64,000 nt of DNA from Octopus sinensis (GCF_006345805.1 NC_043005.1:100750001-100814000), one strand, 5' to 3'; positions 1 through 12,555 are shown, counted from the first letter of the stretch. Numbers and translations are program-made. The notes: a model not told the origin generated them from the sequence alone.

Positions 1-691
1 CCTCTCAATTAACACCTTACCATTTTAAAAAAAGAAACACATTAAACAATGCTGCCCTGGATACATAAAATGAAGTGAAAGTCATGGATGGAAAGTCCTT
101 GCCTGTAAGTTTGACCTTGATCTAAATAAACAACAACTAGCCAGTCCATATTGATGTTCTGCATAGAAGACTGAGCTTTGAGCAGTGGTTTCCTTGATAT
201 AACATGGAATAAATATGTTTGCTTTATAAATCAAAGTAAACATGTTTATATCTCTGGCATCGTGGAAGATGAAAAGAGAATTAGAATAGCATTTGTTGGA
301 GCAGAGTAAGTCAGCTTTGATTTATCTGAAAACTGCAAGATAATGAAGGTCTGTTGATAACTCTACCTCCACCCCAACTTCTTATATTGCTTAGAGGAAG
401 AATGTATGTGAAAAAGATGGTGAGATATAATATATTCCTCAGGCTATACCATTTTCTTCATAGATGTCTGGCTAGGACTTTTAGACATGCAAAACATCAA
501 ATTACTCCTGTTTCAACTAGTTTTATTTGTAAATTCTTCAACAAATAAATGTCAAATAGCAAATATTGATCGAACGCTGAAAATTTCTTGCTTGTTAAAT
601 AAATATACAAACTGATTAATACTTTTGTTTGTTTGGGTTTTTTGTGTGTTTATTAGGCAGAAATTTTACCAAAGGCTAAACTGTGACCTAG

Positions 692-748
692 AAAATTTGC
701 GGCCAAGAATACTGGAGATTGCTCACTGATTTACGTGCAGGAGTAGAG
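692..748 (+). CDS. Candidate internal exon (KICGQEYWRLLTDLRAGVE), product unknown
   Basis: AG at 690-691 with a weak pyrimidine tract, open phase-0 frame, GAG|GTGAAA donor (alternative GCA|GTAGGT at 784). No recognised homology. Confidence 0.2.
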
Positions 749-1190
749 GTGAAAAGTCACATGTTTCAAATCTTGCCTTTGGCAGTAGGTTGTCTTCTTA
801 GACAAGTCACTTTATTTATTCTTCATAGTTAAGATATTAACACAAATATGAAATTACAGAGTTATTTTCTACAATTTTTGCAAATATTCCAGTTTATAGA
901 CCATCATATCCAGGCTAGCATTGAATGCAAAAATTAAAAAACAAACTAACGACAAAAACCAATTAAGATGTATTTATTTTGTCTGGTGGAAAGCAATATA
1001 GCTTCTGATGTTAATAACTGTTAGATCTGAAATCTAGATTATTGGGGGAAGTATGCTTCTGTAATAAAATATGAAGTCAGGGTTAACATTGACAAAAAGA
1101 AAAAATGAATTTGTATTCCAATTCCACGTATATAAACTTCAAAAACATTATTCAGTGGGGTCACATCAATCTTATCTCCTCATTTCATAG

Positions 1191-1388
1191 CTTGAAGAAA
1201 GTCATGATACACATATCAAGGAAACTCCCTTGTACCCTAGTCTTCCAGTTATAGATAACACAAGAAGAAAATGCTCCAAATCTTCACAAATGCTCAACCG
1301 TACAATTGTTGATGATTTTATAGCAAAAACTTCCTCGTCACAAAACACCATATTTGTTCTTCAAAACTGGAAAATATTTCGACTCCTG
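1191..1388 (+). CDS. Candidate internal exon, 66 codons (LEESHDTHIKETPLYPSLPV...QNWKIFRLL), product unknown
   Basis: Strong acceptor CTTATCTCCTCATTTCATAG, 198 nt stop-free, phase 0-0, donor CTG|GTAATT. Overlaps ORF 1230..1508. No recognised homology. Confidence 0.4.
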
Positions 1389-1518
1389 GTAATTACTAAT
1401 ACTCTACAAAGCTCAATTGAGATCTACAATGGAACACTCTTCATTCATGACAGACAGAGCTGTTACACACTTATACTAACACTCGAAAACAAAAGGCTGT
1501 CTAGTTGATTGACATTAA

Positions 1519-1739
1519 CCCTTTCGTTACCAACCCGGCTGAAACCAGCTCTGGCTCTGTAGTACAAATGTCTTGTTTTCATAAGTTCTGAATTAAAATC
1601 TTCCACCAAACCTTAGTCACAATTTATGTTCCTAACACTAGCTGAATGATAACTAAGTTATTTTACTAAATTCTTTGTTATATTTAAAGTAATCGAAAGA
1701 AACACAGAACATCTCAAAATAAATACAGTAACAAAAGGG
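1519..1739. mobile_element. piggyBac-type MITE, family P1
   Basis: TTAA on both sides; TIRs CCCTTTCGTTAC / GTAACAAAAGGG; 221 bp; similar copy at 46735-46955. Confidence 0.85.
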
Positions 1740-2369
1740 TTAAACACTCACCAACACACTTTAATCTCACTCCTACTGATTTACTGTCTTCTCACTCAGT
1801 CTTTCCTTTTCTATCAATGATTCCTGCTCCTCAGAAGTGCCTCCACCCAGACCCAATTTTGACTTGCAGGTAATCAAACTACATGTCAGCTGTAAGGATC
1901 TAGGTCAGTCTCAGAGGGATTGTGAAGGTTTCCTTTAGATCAAACTCTAAGACAATTCTGATTACAGTATTTTCCAGCATACAAGACAAATTTTTCAAAC
2001 CAAAATTTACAACCAAAAAACTAAGGAAACTTACACACCAAGATGACTTTTGGGTATAAAATATTCTATTCGGAATGCAGCAGGATTTGGGAAAAATAAT
2101 GAGGATATTTGAATGTTGACACTACATGTTTACACTATATACCAGTGTTTCTCAACCTTTCTACCCTTGTGTAACCCTGAAAATATATTACAAGAGGACT
2201 CCTGCACAAAAAAAAAATGTGTTCTATATCTTTCTCATACTTTTTTCATCATAATTCATGTGGTAAATATCAAATATATATATATATATATATACCGGAG
2301 TAAGCACATAAATGTGAAACAAAATGGAAAAAAGAGTACTCAAATACGAGAGGTAGAGTAATATGCTTC

Positions 2370-2545
2370 ATTTAAAAGCAGCAGAAATATAACAAAAGCT
2401 GTTACTCGGAGTTTCAGGTTCCCGTTCGTCGGACAGTTTTGTTAAAATAGAACCAAAATAACAATTATTTTAACAAAACTGTCCGACGAACGGGAACCTG
2501 AAACTCCAAGTAACAGCTTTTGTTATATTTCTGCTGCTTTTAAAT
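2370..2545. repeat. Near-perfect inverted repeat (80-bp arms, 16-nt spacer), inverted pseudo-LTR pair
   Basis: Arms 2370-2449 and 2466-2545 differ at 1 position; each carries a hammerhead-like motif. Confidence 0.9.
2479..2516 (+). ncRNA. Type I hammerhead-like motif (U4C core); mirror copy on minus strand at 2399-2436
   Basis: CTGT-CCGACGA-ACGGGAACCT-GAAA-CTCC(A/G)AG-TA-ACAG; stem I CTGT/ACAG; stem II poorly paired. Confidence 0.5.
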
Positions 2546-2548
2546 ATA

Positions 2549-2601
<53 letters not shown>

Positions 2602-2797
2602 GGGAGAATTCATGAAAAAACAACAGACAAAGACAGGTGGTGTAAAAAAACAAACAGATGTATTAGTATAACGCTCAAGAATTGAAAAAGTCTTTTTATG
2701 TTTCGAACCTACGCTCTTCTACAGAAAGGAACACAGAAAGAAACAAGGAGAGAGAAAAAAATGTGTGTAGTGGCTACCGATCTATCATGGTGACTGG
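2602..2797 (-). mobile_element. Short (TA)n-flanked element with an atypical hammerhead-like motif (2692-2729)
   Basis: Minus strand CTTT-CTGTAGAA-GAGCGTAGGTTC-GAAA-CA-TA-AAA(A)G; bounded by (TA)n tracts. Confidence 0.4.
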
Positions 2798-3180
2798 TAT
2801 ATATATGGTATATATATATATATATATATATATAATAATTATAATAAAGGGTTAAATGCAACAAGTTGCTCAAAACCACATACCGAAAATATTAGAAATA
2901 GCAGCCAAAATTGGTCACTATTTCCTCTACTAGTAAAAAGTCTCCACAAACAAACAGAATTTGTAAGCTGTATATGGCAAAAAAAGGCAGAAAATAACGA
3001 AAACCCAGCCTCTGGATTAATTATAGACGACTCGTTTCTGGATTAGAACCGAAGGTTCATTTCCTTGTCAATATAATATTTCCTATAGATCTAGAAATGC
3101 TAGGGGAAAAAAACTTACCCGTTACACCAGGTGAAATTGATTAATTTTCTTAAATTAATTATATTCCACCCTTTATTGAA

Positions 3181-3217
<37 letters not shown>

Positions 3218-3883
3218 TGTTTTAATTTTTTGATAACATCATAGGTTAGCTAGGATGATGTTTATATTACAATATTACAATAACCAATAATATGTTGTGC
3301 ATGTATAGTAATATTACAATCATGAAATAGTACTATACACTCTTTCTCGTGGAACACCTAGGAACCTTTTGCAGAACCCTACGGTTCCAGGGAATCCCAG
3401 TTGAGAAACGCTGCTATATACTATGTCAACTTGTACGTCAAAAAATATAGAAGTCATTTTCGGAAGAACTGTAAAGTCTTCGTTCATAGCAAACCACAAA
3501 GAAGTTCTGAATGACTTCTTTTAATTAGGGTGTAGCAAACGTGTCTATAGTAATTATAAGTCCTTCTTGATTAAGAAATACCGATGAATTAAATGTGAAG
3601 TGAGTGAAGGGATTCATGTTTATGTTGAGTGGCTAGTAGCTGGAAAGAAAGTAGAAGCACTGAGATGAGGTAAGTGATGGAGAAGGACTGTGAAAAGAAT
3701 TTATAAAATGGACAGGAGAGTGAAACATAGTATATATAATAGAAATAGGAATGTCGTAGAGAACACAAGAGAGAAATACCACAAGAGATGTTTTTGTTCC
3801 AAAATATGGACAAGGATATAATTTACAAAAAATAAAAGATGAAGAAAAAAATGCAAAAAAATGGGGGAGAAAGAAAAAAGAGT

Positions 3884-4290
3884 AGGCATAAGAGTGGCTG
3901 TGTGGTAAGTAGCTTGCTTACGAACCACATGGTTCCAGGTTCAGTCCCACTGCGTGGCACCTTGGGCAAGTGTCTTCTACTATAGCCTCGGGCCAACCAA
4001 AGCCTTGTGAGTGGATTTGGTAGACGGAAACTGAAAGAAGCCTGTCGTATATATGTATATATATGTATGTGTGTGTATATGTTTGTGTGTCTGTGTTTGT
4101 CCCCCCAACATCGCTTGACAACCGATGCTGGTGTGTTTACCTTCCCGTAACTTAACAGTTCCGTAAAAGAGACCGATAGAATATGTACTAGGCTTACAAA
4201 GAATAAGACCTGGGGTCGATTTGCTCGACTAAAGGTGGTGCTCCAGCATGGCCACAGTCAAATGACTGAAACAAGTAAAAGAGTAAAGAG
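3884..4290 (+). mobile_element. tRNA-derived SINE family A, full length
   Basis: Head GTGGCTGTGTGGTAAG...GGTTCAGTCCCAC, CCTTGGGCAAGTG box, internal (TA/TG)n, tail ...GACTGAAACAAGTAAAAGA; more than 12 copies in the window. Confidence 0.9.
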
Positions 4291-4619
4291 AGTAATATAT
4301 AGTTCCAGACAATAAGCTGCGACAACAAAGATTACTAAAACAGAACAGAAACGAGTCTGTGAGCATCAATATATAAACAAATACATATATGGCGGTGCCC
4401 CAGCATGGCCACAGCTCGTGAGCTGAAACTAGATAAAATAAATAAAAATAAAATATATGCAGGCTTTTTAAATATGCAAAACTAAACTTAACAAAGAACT
4501 CAAGGCATAGACTGAGTCAAACACTCATTGCAAAAATGTTAACAGCTACTTTGAAACTTTGCAGATAATAACTTATTCACCCTGAGTATGAATCTGTTGT
4601 ATACATTTGTCTTTAATTT

Positions 4620-5300
4620 TATTTGTTTCAGTCATTGGACTGCGACCAAGCTGGAGTGCCACCTTAGAAGGTTGAGTCAAACGAATTAATATCAGTACTA
4701 TTTTCTTTTTTAAATCTGGTATTTATTCTTATTTCTTTATTGCCCACAAGGGGCTAAACATAGAGGGGAGAAACAAGGACAGACAAAGGGATTAAGTCGA
4801 TTTACATCAACCCCAGTGCATATCTGGTACTTAATTTATCGACCCCGAAAGATAAAAGGCAAAGTCGACCTCGGTGGAATTTGAACTCAGAACGTAATGG
4901 CAAATGAAACACCTATTTCTTTACCAGCCACAAGGGGCTAAACACAGAGAAGACAAACATGGACAGACAAATAGATCAAGTCGATTACATCGACCTCAGT
5001 GCATAACTGGTACTTATTTAATCAACTCCGAAAGGATGAAAGGCAAAGTTGACCTCAACGGAATTTGAACTCAGAACATAGCAGCAGACGAAATACTGCC
5101 AAGCATTTCCTCCAGTGTGCTACCTGTTCTGTCAGCTCGCCACCTTTCTGGTACTTAAATCTGGTACTTATTCTATTGACCTTCTTTTGCTGAACCACCA
5201 CGTTATGGGAATGTAAACAAACCAACACTGATTGTGGAATGATGGTGAGGGGACAAACACAAATACAAACACTCATACATGATGGATTCCCACACAGCCC
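4620..5300 (-). mobile_element. SINE family A copy split by a SINE B dimer
   Basis: Family A tail at 4620-4729 resumes at 5156-5300. Confidence 0.65.
4730..5155 (-). mobile_element. Tandem dimer of SINE family B
   Basis: Two units of GTCGATTACATCGACCCCAGTGC...GGCAAAGTCGACCTCGG...GAACTCAGAAC; flanked by a 19-bp direct repeat TAAATCTGGTAYTTATTCT. Confidence 0.8.
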
Positions 5301-5442
5301 TCATCTACCAAATTCATTCAAACAGCAATGATCGACCTAGGGTTATAGCAGAAAACACTTGCTCTGAAGCCAAGAGGCTGCAAACAAAGCAGAATTCTTA
5401 ACCACAAGGCTACGCCTGTACCTCTCTCTCTCTCTCCATATG

Positions 5443-5695
5443 TGGAGGTGCATGGCTTAGTGGTTAGGGTGTTGAACTCATGATCATAAGGTTGTGGTTT
5501 CGATTTCTGGACCGAGCAATGCATTGTGTTCTTGATCAAAACACTTCATTTTCCTGTTGCTCCAGTCAGACTCAGCTGGCAAAATTGAGTAATCCTGTGG
5601 TAGACTGGCGTCCCACCCAGGTGGGGAATTTCTACGCCACTGAAACTGGGAAACTGGCCCTTATGAGCCTGGCATGGCTCAAGAAGGAACATATG
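5443..5695 (+). mobile_element. tRNA-derived SINE family C
   Basis: A box TGGCTTAGTGG and B-box-like GGTTTCGATTTC; head shared with 25440, 48255, 50747, 52365, 57015. Confidence 0.75.
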
Positions 5696-6124
5696 TGTGT
5701 TTGTGTATCAAAACTGTCCCATTTTCTCTATAGTATTAATTTCTTCTACGGTACTAAGTACTCTTTACTTTTCCAACAGTCAACACGGAATATATATGTA
5801 TAAATGTGTGTATACAGAGAGACAGAGAGAGAGAGAGAGGGAGAGAGAAAGAAGAGTTGATTGGTGTAAGTGATTGATTGCTTCTCTCTCAATGTTAGGG
5901 GATTCAGGCAATCACAGAATTCTGATGGAATCTATTATATGGTGAAGTGAGGACTCCCTCTTATTTGATTCAATGAAGACAGTAAGAAGGGCATCCAACC
6001 AGTAAAAACCAAATGTCTTAACAAACCACAAGAAAATATCAAAATTCCAATAAACTATGCCAAATCTGCTTAACAGAAAAATATCAATTGAAAATAGTTA
6101 AAACTAGTCAATATTTAACCTCAG

Positions 6125-6127
<3 letters not shown>

Positions 6128-6178
<51 letters not shown>

Positions 6179-6515
6179 GTGGGGGAGCATCATAGCCATG
6201 TGTTGAGAAGGATTCTTTGGGGTTTGAATAATTCACCTCTGGAAACATGGGTGTTTCGTTCAACGTCCTTAAATAACCCTTATTCAAGGACCTTTTGAGC
6301 GGGATGGGTTACTTGATCTGAAGAAAATTATAACTGGGCTCCACCTGCAAGGTCATGTGCTGTTTATCTTGATATGAGATCACCATGTCGCGCACATATG
6401 GTTGTGATGCATGTGCCTGGTGTACCCTTATCAGACGGGTAGTCATGATGGGTATACTGGGCTTCGTATATTTTACCCCAGTGTCACTTTGATGGCATGC
6501 TCTGCTCGCTCACTC

Positions 6516-6610
<95 letters not shown>
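6128..6610 (+). repeat. (AAT)n - 340-bp GC-richer unit - (AAT)14(TAT)17
   Basis: Trinucleotide tracts seen directly; the unit at 6178-6515 is probably an (AAT)n-tailed retroposon (single copy in this window). Confidence 0.6.
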
Positions 6611-6612
<2 letters not shown>

Positions 6613-6899
6613 TAGTGGTTTTGTTTATTCTGCCAATTTATGGTTTCTCTGTATAAGACAAATCCAACTTCTATAACCTCTTCAAAATAATTCATATTAT
6701 CACCTTTGGCTAAAACACTTTCAATCAGTAGAGGCGTTGTCATCTTTTTTAGCTTCACAACATTTGCAGAATTGCAAGGAAATTTTGTTGTCTTCATTTG
6801 CTGAGAATGAAAATTGAACTGGCTTCTCCTCCACCAAACGATACCATATAACACCAGTGAGATTAAGCTAATGTCCTAGAAATTGTCTTAAATGAGGAC

Positions 6900-7017
6900 C
6901 ACACACGTGTGTGTGTGTGCGTGTGTGTGAGTGCATGTGTGTGCATGTGTGTGTGTGTGTGTGTGTGAGTGCGTGCGTGTGTGTGTGTGTGTGAGTGCGT
7001 GCGTGTGTGTGTGTGTC
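6900..7017. repeat. (TG)n compound microsatellite
   Basis: Seen directly. Confidence 0.95.
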
Positions 7018-8102
7018 CTTCACTGCAAGAATAAAGAACAAGAGATACACATCCGGCAGGTAATTCAATTATCGTAAGTGAGATTGCAGGTGGAATTAGA
7101 AGCTAATTGCTGATGCCACATAAACATTGGTAAAGGCATGAGGGTTAGTTTTAATGACAAGTTGTTTTACTGAAACAGGAGAAGTGTTAAATTTAAATTA
7201 GTGTTGTATTGAGTTTGAGATTTCGAGGTTGTTGAGATGGAGAAGTGGATACTGAAAACAACAAAATTACAAATAAATCAGGGAACGTCTTCTACTGACG
7301 ATCATCGCAACACCTCACTGTAAAATAAGATTAACTAATTACCGCACATTTTGTCTTTTACATCTGATATAATGTTCACAAACAGCAATAGGATGTTCAC
7401 ACGTTAGTTATATTTTAATAATTGAGTTTTGTTTTTAGAAGTAAGTTTAAATATACTGGGAAATGATTGATTATTGACTGGCTGTGATAGAGTATGTGGC
7501 TGAAGTGGTGATGTCGTATATAGCGGAACAGGTGATACAGCAAATGGGTGATGAACTAGACTGGTGATACAGTACATGACTGAGCCAGTAATTTTCGTAT
7601 ATGACTGAAGTTGTTTCTTTGAGGAAGTGTTGTGCCACATGAGAGTTCCATTCATCAACCAAATGGTTTTCAGAACACATCATATCTCCAGTGATGCAGT
7701 ACCCTTAGAAAAGACACTCAACTCTCATTCTGTACCCTGGTTACAGCAGCAAGCCAAGTGTATATGAGATGAAAGTTATTATTTATGGGATGGAGTGAAT
7801 TAAATTCTGTAATGAACAACTTAAGTCTAGTTGGATGCTAACAACATTATGCACACCATTATTAACATCCATCTGCTGTAACACTGTTTCACCACGAAGC
7901 AATATGAAGCTCTGAAATCAGGTTTCTAAATACTGGTCAGTGGTTTTCTTAATATAGCAGACCCCTAGAGAAGCTCACATGTTGTTAAGCACCCTCACTG
8001 CTGCCCAGACGGTAACATGCTTGTTTCCATCATGGAGGTTGTTGAGTTCTTCAGGTTTGGACTTGATGTGAGCTGCTAGTGCCTTCTTGTATAAATGTCA
8101 AC

Positions 8103-8481
8103 GTGTGGTAAGTAGCTTGCTTACCAACCACATGGTTCCGGGTTCATTCCCACTGCATGGCATCTTGGGCAAGTGTCTTCTACTATAGCTTTGGGCCGAC
8201 CAAAGCCTTGTGAGTGGATATGATAAACGGAAACTGAAAGAAGCCCGTCGTACATATGTATATGTGTGTGTGTATGTTTGTGTGTCTATGTTTGTTCCCC
8301 CAACATCGCTTGACAACCGATGTTGGTGTGTTTACGTCCCGTAACTTAGCAGGTCAGCAAAAGAAACCGATAGAATAAGTACTGGGCTTACAAAGAATAT
8401 GTCTTGGGGTCGATTTGCTCGACTAAAGGCGGTGCTCCAGCATGGCCACAGTCAACTGACTGAAACAAGTAAAAGAGAGTA
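8103..8481 (+). mobile_element. SINE family A
   Basis: Collinear with 3884-4290. Confidence 0.9.
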
Positions 8482-8484
8482 AAG

Positions 8485-9240
8485 CCTATGTCTCTGATCT
8501 TCACTACACTGGTTACCTTGCCTTCACAGCTCCCCAATTTCTGTGATGTATAGATACATAAGACTTGTTAATATCACTTGAGAATACTGCAGCCAAAGTT
8601 AAATTAACTTCTCAATGCAAAGAAGATGGGGTACATGACAATTAATGAAGGTGAAAGCCATCCACCTGTTTGTTCCAATAATGGCACAAATTCAAGGTTG
8701 TGTAGATTATTGTTGAGAGTAAGATTCTTAGCAAACAGGAGACAAGTATAGAATGCTTGTAACAAGCCTTATCACATCTGGTCACCTAAACTTCCAAAGT
8801 TAAGAAAAAGACTAGCTTTTGTTATGGCCTGTGTAGAGAGCATGGTTTTCTCTGGGACCGAAACCTAGTCTATGAAAAAGAAGCATCAAAACTGCTTTCA
8901 TAAATACACCAAGCTTCTCATGAAGGCACAAAACATCCCACAACATGACAATAAGAGCAAAGAGGATACTATGGTGACACTCCTTCCATCTTGACTATTG
9001 TTGTTCAAGGCAGCATAGACTTTGCAGATTATTGCTATCATGATTACCTACAGGCAATATCTAATGTTATATTTTAGAGACTTCTACTCCCTAATACAGG
9101 ATGAAGATCATTTAGCTATACTGCTGTTATTAGCAGAAATACACCACATGAGAGTGAAGATTTGTTAAAACTGATGGAGGGCCATGATTTTTGGTGCAGT
9201 ATTGTGAAGTGCATCTCTGTTGGGGCTGCTTGAAGCATAA
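8485..9240 (+). mobile_element. Decayed RTE-clade LINE, 3' coding remnant
   Basis: Frameshifted motifs IWSPKLPK, VESMVFSGTET (cf. VESxLLYGSETW), LLMKAQNI, YGDTPSILT...DFADYCY (cf. FAGHCYR), EDLLKLMEGHDFW. Confidence 0.6.
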
Positions 9241-9807
9241 AACTAAAATTATGCAACTGAACAATAAGTTGGATAGTTACAACAGTATTACAAGGAAACA
9301 TCATAAAGTTGAGAAATGTACTTATTTTGAAAGCTGTCTCTGAGATTTGAAAGTTATTCCAAGTTTTAAACCAACCTACACCCAAGAAGACAATTGGTAT
9401 CAAACTGCTGTTAATTGATCCTAATTATTTACCAGAGAAGACAACAAGGCATTTCTACAGTGTACTTTAGTTGTAATTAATGTGATATCGAAACAACCTA
9501 CATCACAATGTCTGTATCAGAAAGGCAGATGAACAGAGTGTTGACTCACAGATATAATAACCATAAGCCAATGGCTAGGTTTCTCGTCAAGGCTCAAAAA
9601 ATACTTTGGCTTTCATCAGTTGTAGATTCATTATGGAGTTTAAACAGACATGAGTCCACATCATAATATTCCTTACATATACAGGGTTTAGACCTCATCT
9701 AGAAGAGACCACTCAGTTGGAAAACATCCAATTACCAAACCAGACTCACAGAAGATTGCAATGAAATCTTTTCACAGAAATGTCTTTATGAATTAATGAG
9801 GTAAATA

Positions 9808-10005
9808 TTTCGTTTTTGGATTTGGTTTTCAAGATTCTTTATATGAGTTCATGTGTCGAAGCATATTCTCTTGTGTCTGGGGAGAGTCATTTTCTTTTTT
9901 GTGCCTTATAATGTAATAAACTCACCGGTAAAATTTCCTCTTATTTCTTATTTTTATTTTCCGAAAATTTTCGCTGCGTCTCGCAACCTTTTCAATAGTC
10001 TTGTA
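9808..10005 (-). mobile_element. Solo pseudo-LTR / 5' fragment of the Penelope-like family
   Basis: Homologous to 15228-15420, which runs into the Penelope N-terminal ORF; also 14757-15177 and 27890-28080. Confidence 0.75.
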
Positions 10006-10654
10006 AATATTAAGAGTAGGAAATAATCTACACCATTACAATGAGGTTTCTATGAGATATCATTTTGTCTGTCATAGTTTTCTTCATACCTCTGAGGCCA
10101 ATGTGTTTTAGTTAGAAATAAAACTATATAAGAAAAAAAAATATTGAATACTGCATGTAGAGATGTACCACTGTGCATATGGTTGGGGAATGTCATTAGT
10201 TACTAGTTGAATTACTACATATTCTATGTACATTAGTACATCGAGTGTGATTTTATCAGCTAGTAACTGTGTGTAGGTAGATAAGTCAAGTCAACTACTA
10301 TGGAAGTTTCTTTAAAGATAATAATCACTATCAAGATGGCCAGATTGTTAATAATAGAGCAGAAAGCAACTTTGACATTACTACATGATAACAAAGCTCA
10401 CTTATCTATCAATACTAATAATATAGTATTATTTAGAGTAGCAAACTAGATTTAGACAAACTTACACTCTAACTAATGGGGCCATATTCACTAAGAGTGT
10501 CATGAAGATGGCCACATCATTCCAATGAATACAGGGGAAATTGATAATTACATCAGAAGTAGATTTTCAACAACACACAGTACTTTTATTGTTCCCATTG
10601 ATGTGTTTTATTAGATTCTGACATTAAGAATTGGTGAACATGTGATTTCTATAG

Positions 10655-10726
10655 CAGCATACCAGAAGCTATTTCTCTGTATCGACCAGTCTAGGCCGTC
10701 GTGATAGTCAAACAGGGAAGAAACGA
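10655..10726 (+). CDS. Candidate internal exon (QHTRSYFSVSTSLGRRDSQTGKKR)
   Basis: TTTCTATAG acceptor, 72 nt, only the phase-0 frame is open, consensus donor CGA|GTAAGT. Confidence 0.35.
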
Positions 10727-11455
10727 GTAAGTATACTTGTTATATATAGAAAATTTAATTTTGGTAAAAAGTTAGAAAGTTTGTGAGATAAATAGTAAAA
10801 ATATCTCAGAATATATCAGTCTATTCATAGACATCCTGATACATGTGTTCTATAGACAAACAAGTTAAAATAAACTGCCTGCTGACATGAAAGGTAGGAA
10901 GAAGAATCGAGGGGATTAAACGAGAAGAGACTGCTAAGCTGATAAATCTTCCATCTTGTGCTAAAATGTTAAAACAGGTAATTATATTGATAAAGAAGCT
11001 GGTGACAGATTCTATAAAAAATAAATGGCTAGTTACAAAAACTAGCCAACTAAAAGACTGGTAGAGATTCCAAGACAATTTCTTTAATTAGCAATATTTC
11101 AAGATAACAGCTTTCCTTAATATCCAACTAGTTTCACCAAGTTGGCAGCTTTTACTCACTACCACAATATCTTGAAGATGGCTATCAGTAAAGCAAAAGA
11201 TATTCTAGTAGCTCTCACAGCCTGCAAGCTTTCTTCCCCTGGCTGCAAATTGCAGCCTGGTATTCTGGTTCTTTGTCAAGATGGTCTCTAGTAGTTACTA
11301 ACTCTCCTGCCCATCTCTCCTTAATTAAGATTACCTGATAACATTTCTGTAAAGTAAAACCACTACATTTGCTTCCCAGTTCAAACAGTACACATCACAA
11401 AATTCCTGCCTAATTCCCTTTCTCAGCTTGTTACACCACCACACAAATACATCAT

Positions 11456-12136
11456 AACATCATCATCATCATCGTTTAACGTCTGCTTTCCATGCTAGCA
11501 TGGGTTGCATGGTTCGACTGGGGTCTGGGAAGCCAGAAGGCTGCACCAGGCTCCAGTCTGATCTGGCAGTGTTTCTACAGCTGGATGCCCTTCCTAACAC
11601 CAACCACTCTGTGAGTGTAGTGGGTGCTTTTTATGTGCCACAAGCACAGGTGCCATATGAGGCTGGCAAATGGCCACGATCAGTTGGTGCTTTTTATGTG
11701 CCACCGGCATGGAGGCGAGTCGAGGCGGCACTGGCAACGGCCACATTCGGATGGTTCTTTTACGTGCCACTGGCACTGGTATCACAACTGCAATTTCCAT
11801 TGACTTTTCATTGATTTTGATTTTGATTTCACTTGCCTCAACAGGTCTTCGCAGGCAGAGTTTTGTGTCCCAAGAAGATAAGGGCCACATTTGGATGGTT
11901 CTTTTATGTGCCACCAGCACTGGTATCACAACTGCAATTTCCATTGATATTTGATTGATTTCGATTTCACTTGCCTCAACAGATCTTCGCAAGCAGAGTT
12001 TTGTGTCCCTAGAAGGAAAGGTATGCATAAGTGGACTGGCCACATCCCAGGTAGAGGCCACGGGTTATGGTCTCACTTGTCCTGCCGGGTCTTCTCACGC
12101 ACAGCATACTTCCAAAGGATTTGGTCACTAGTCATG
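11456..12136 (-). mobile_element. 5'-truncated RTE LINE (last codons plus 3' UTR, (ATG)n tail)
   Basis: Minus strand MTSDQILWKYAVREKTRQDK*, then a UTR with a ~135-bp internal duplication and a (CAT)n end; same UTR as 33385-34270. Confidence 0.8.
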
Positions 12137-12555
12137 TGAAAACTTTCTCCATCATTGATGAGTAAAGAAGGTAGCCTCTAACCAATCGCTTAACTTACTC
12201 AAAGAAACAGTTAAACAACTGTCAATTCCCATCCTGCAATCTTAAAAAGAGAGATGGATATATAGGAAAATGTAGTTCTAGACACACCTGATAAAATGCT
12301 GGGATGATCAGAGCTAAAACAACTTTCATTAGATGTCTGATAGACGAAGACTGACTTGGAATTAAACAGCAATACAGTTTCCAATCACTCAAATCCAACC
12401 AATCGTGATGATGTCATTTCCATTATTCTCAAACACTATCCTCCAAAGAGACAGCTTCTTTCCATAGTAAATTCTTCAGTCTTTCTCTCTGCAATCTATG
12501 AAAATTTGTAGCATTATGTTCAATCTCTCACTGATCAAACTCCCTTGACACTCTT

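Larger units (their letters stand above)
2143..3413. mobile_element. hAT-type non-autonomous element with nested insertions
   Basis: TIRs CAGTGTTTCTCAAC / GTTGAGAAACGCTG (13/14); perfect 8-bp TSD CTATATAC at 2135-2142 and 3414-3421. Confidence 0.85.

Noticed and set aside
3020-3075. GAAACGAGTCGTC on the minus strand
   Set aside because: The first core box is not recoverable.
6620-6800. Possible minus-strand terminal exon with AATAAA
   Set aside because: Two frames are equally plausible, with no partner exon and no homology.
7404-7706. Two overlapping minus-strand ORFs of coding-like composition
   Set aside because: No convincing donor and no recognisable motif; may be an old repeat.
9572-9625. 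Hammerhead-like CTGATGA...GAAACCTAG on the minus strand
   Set aside because: Extra bases before GAAA, no UH triplet and no stem I.
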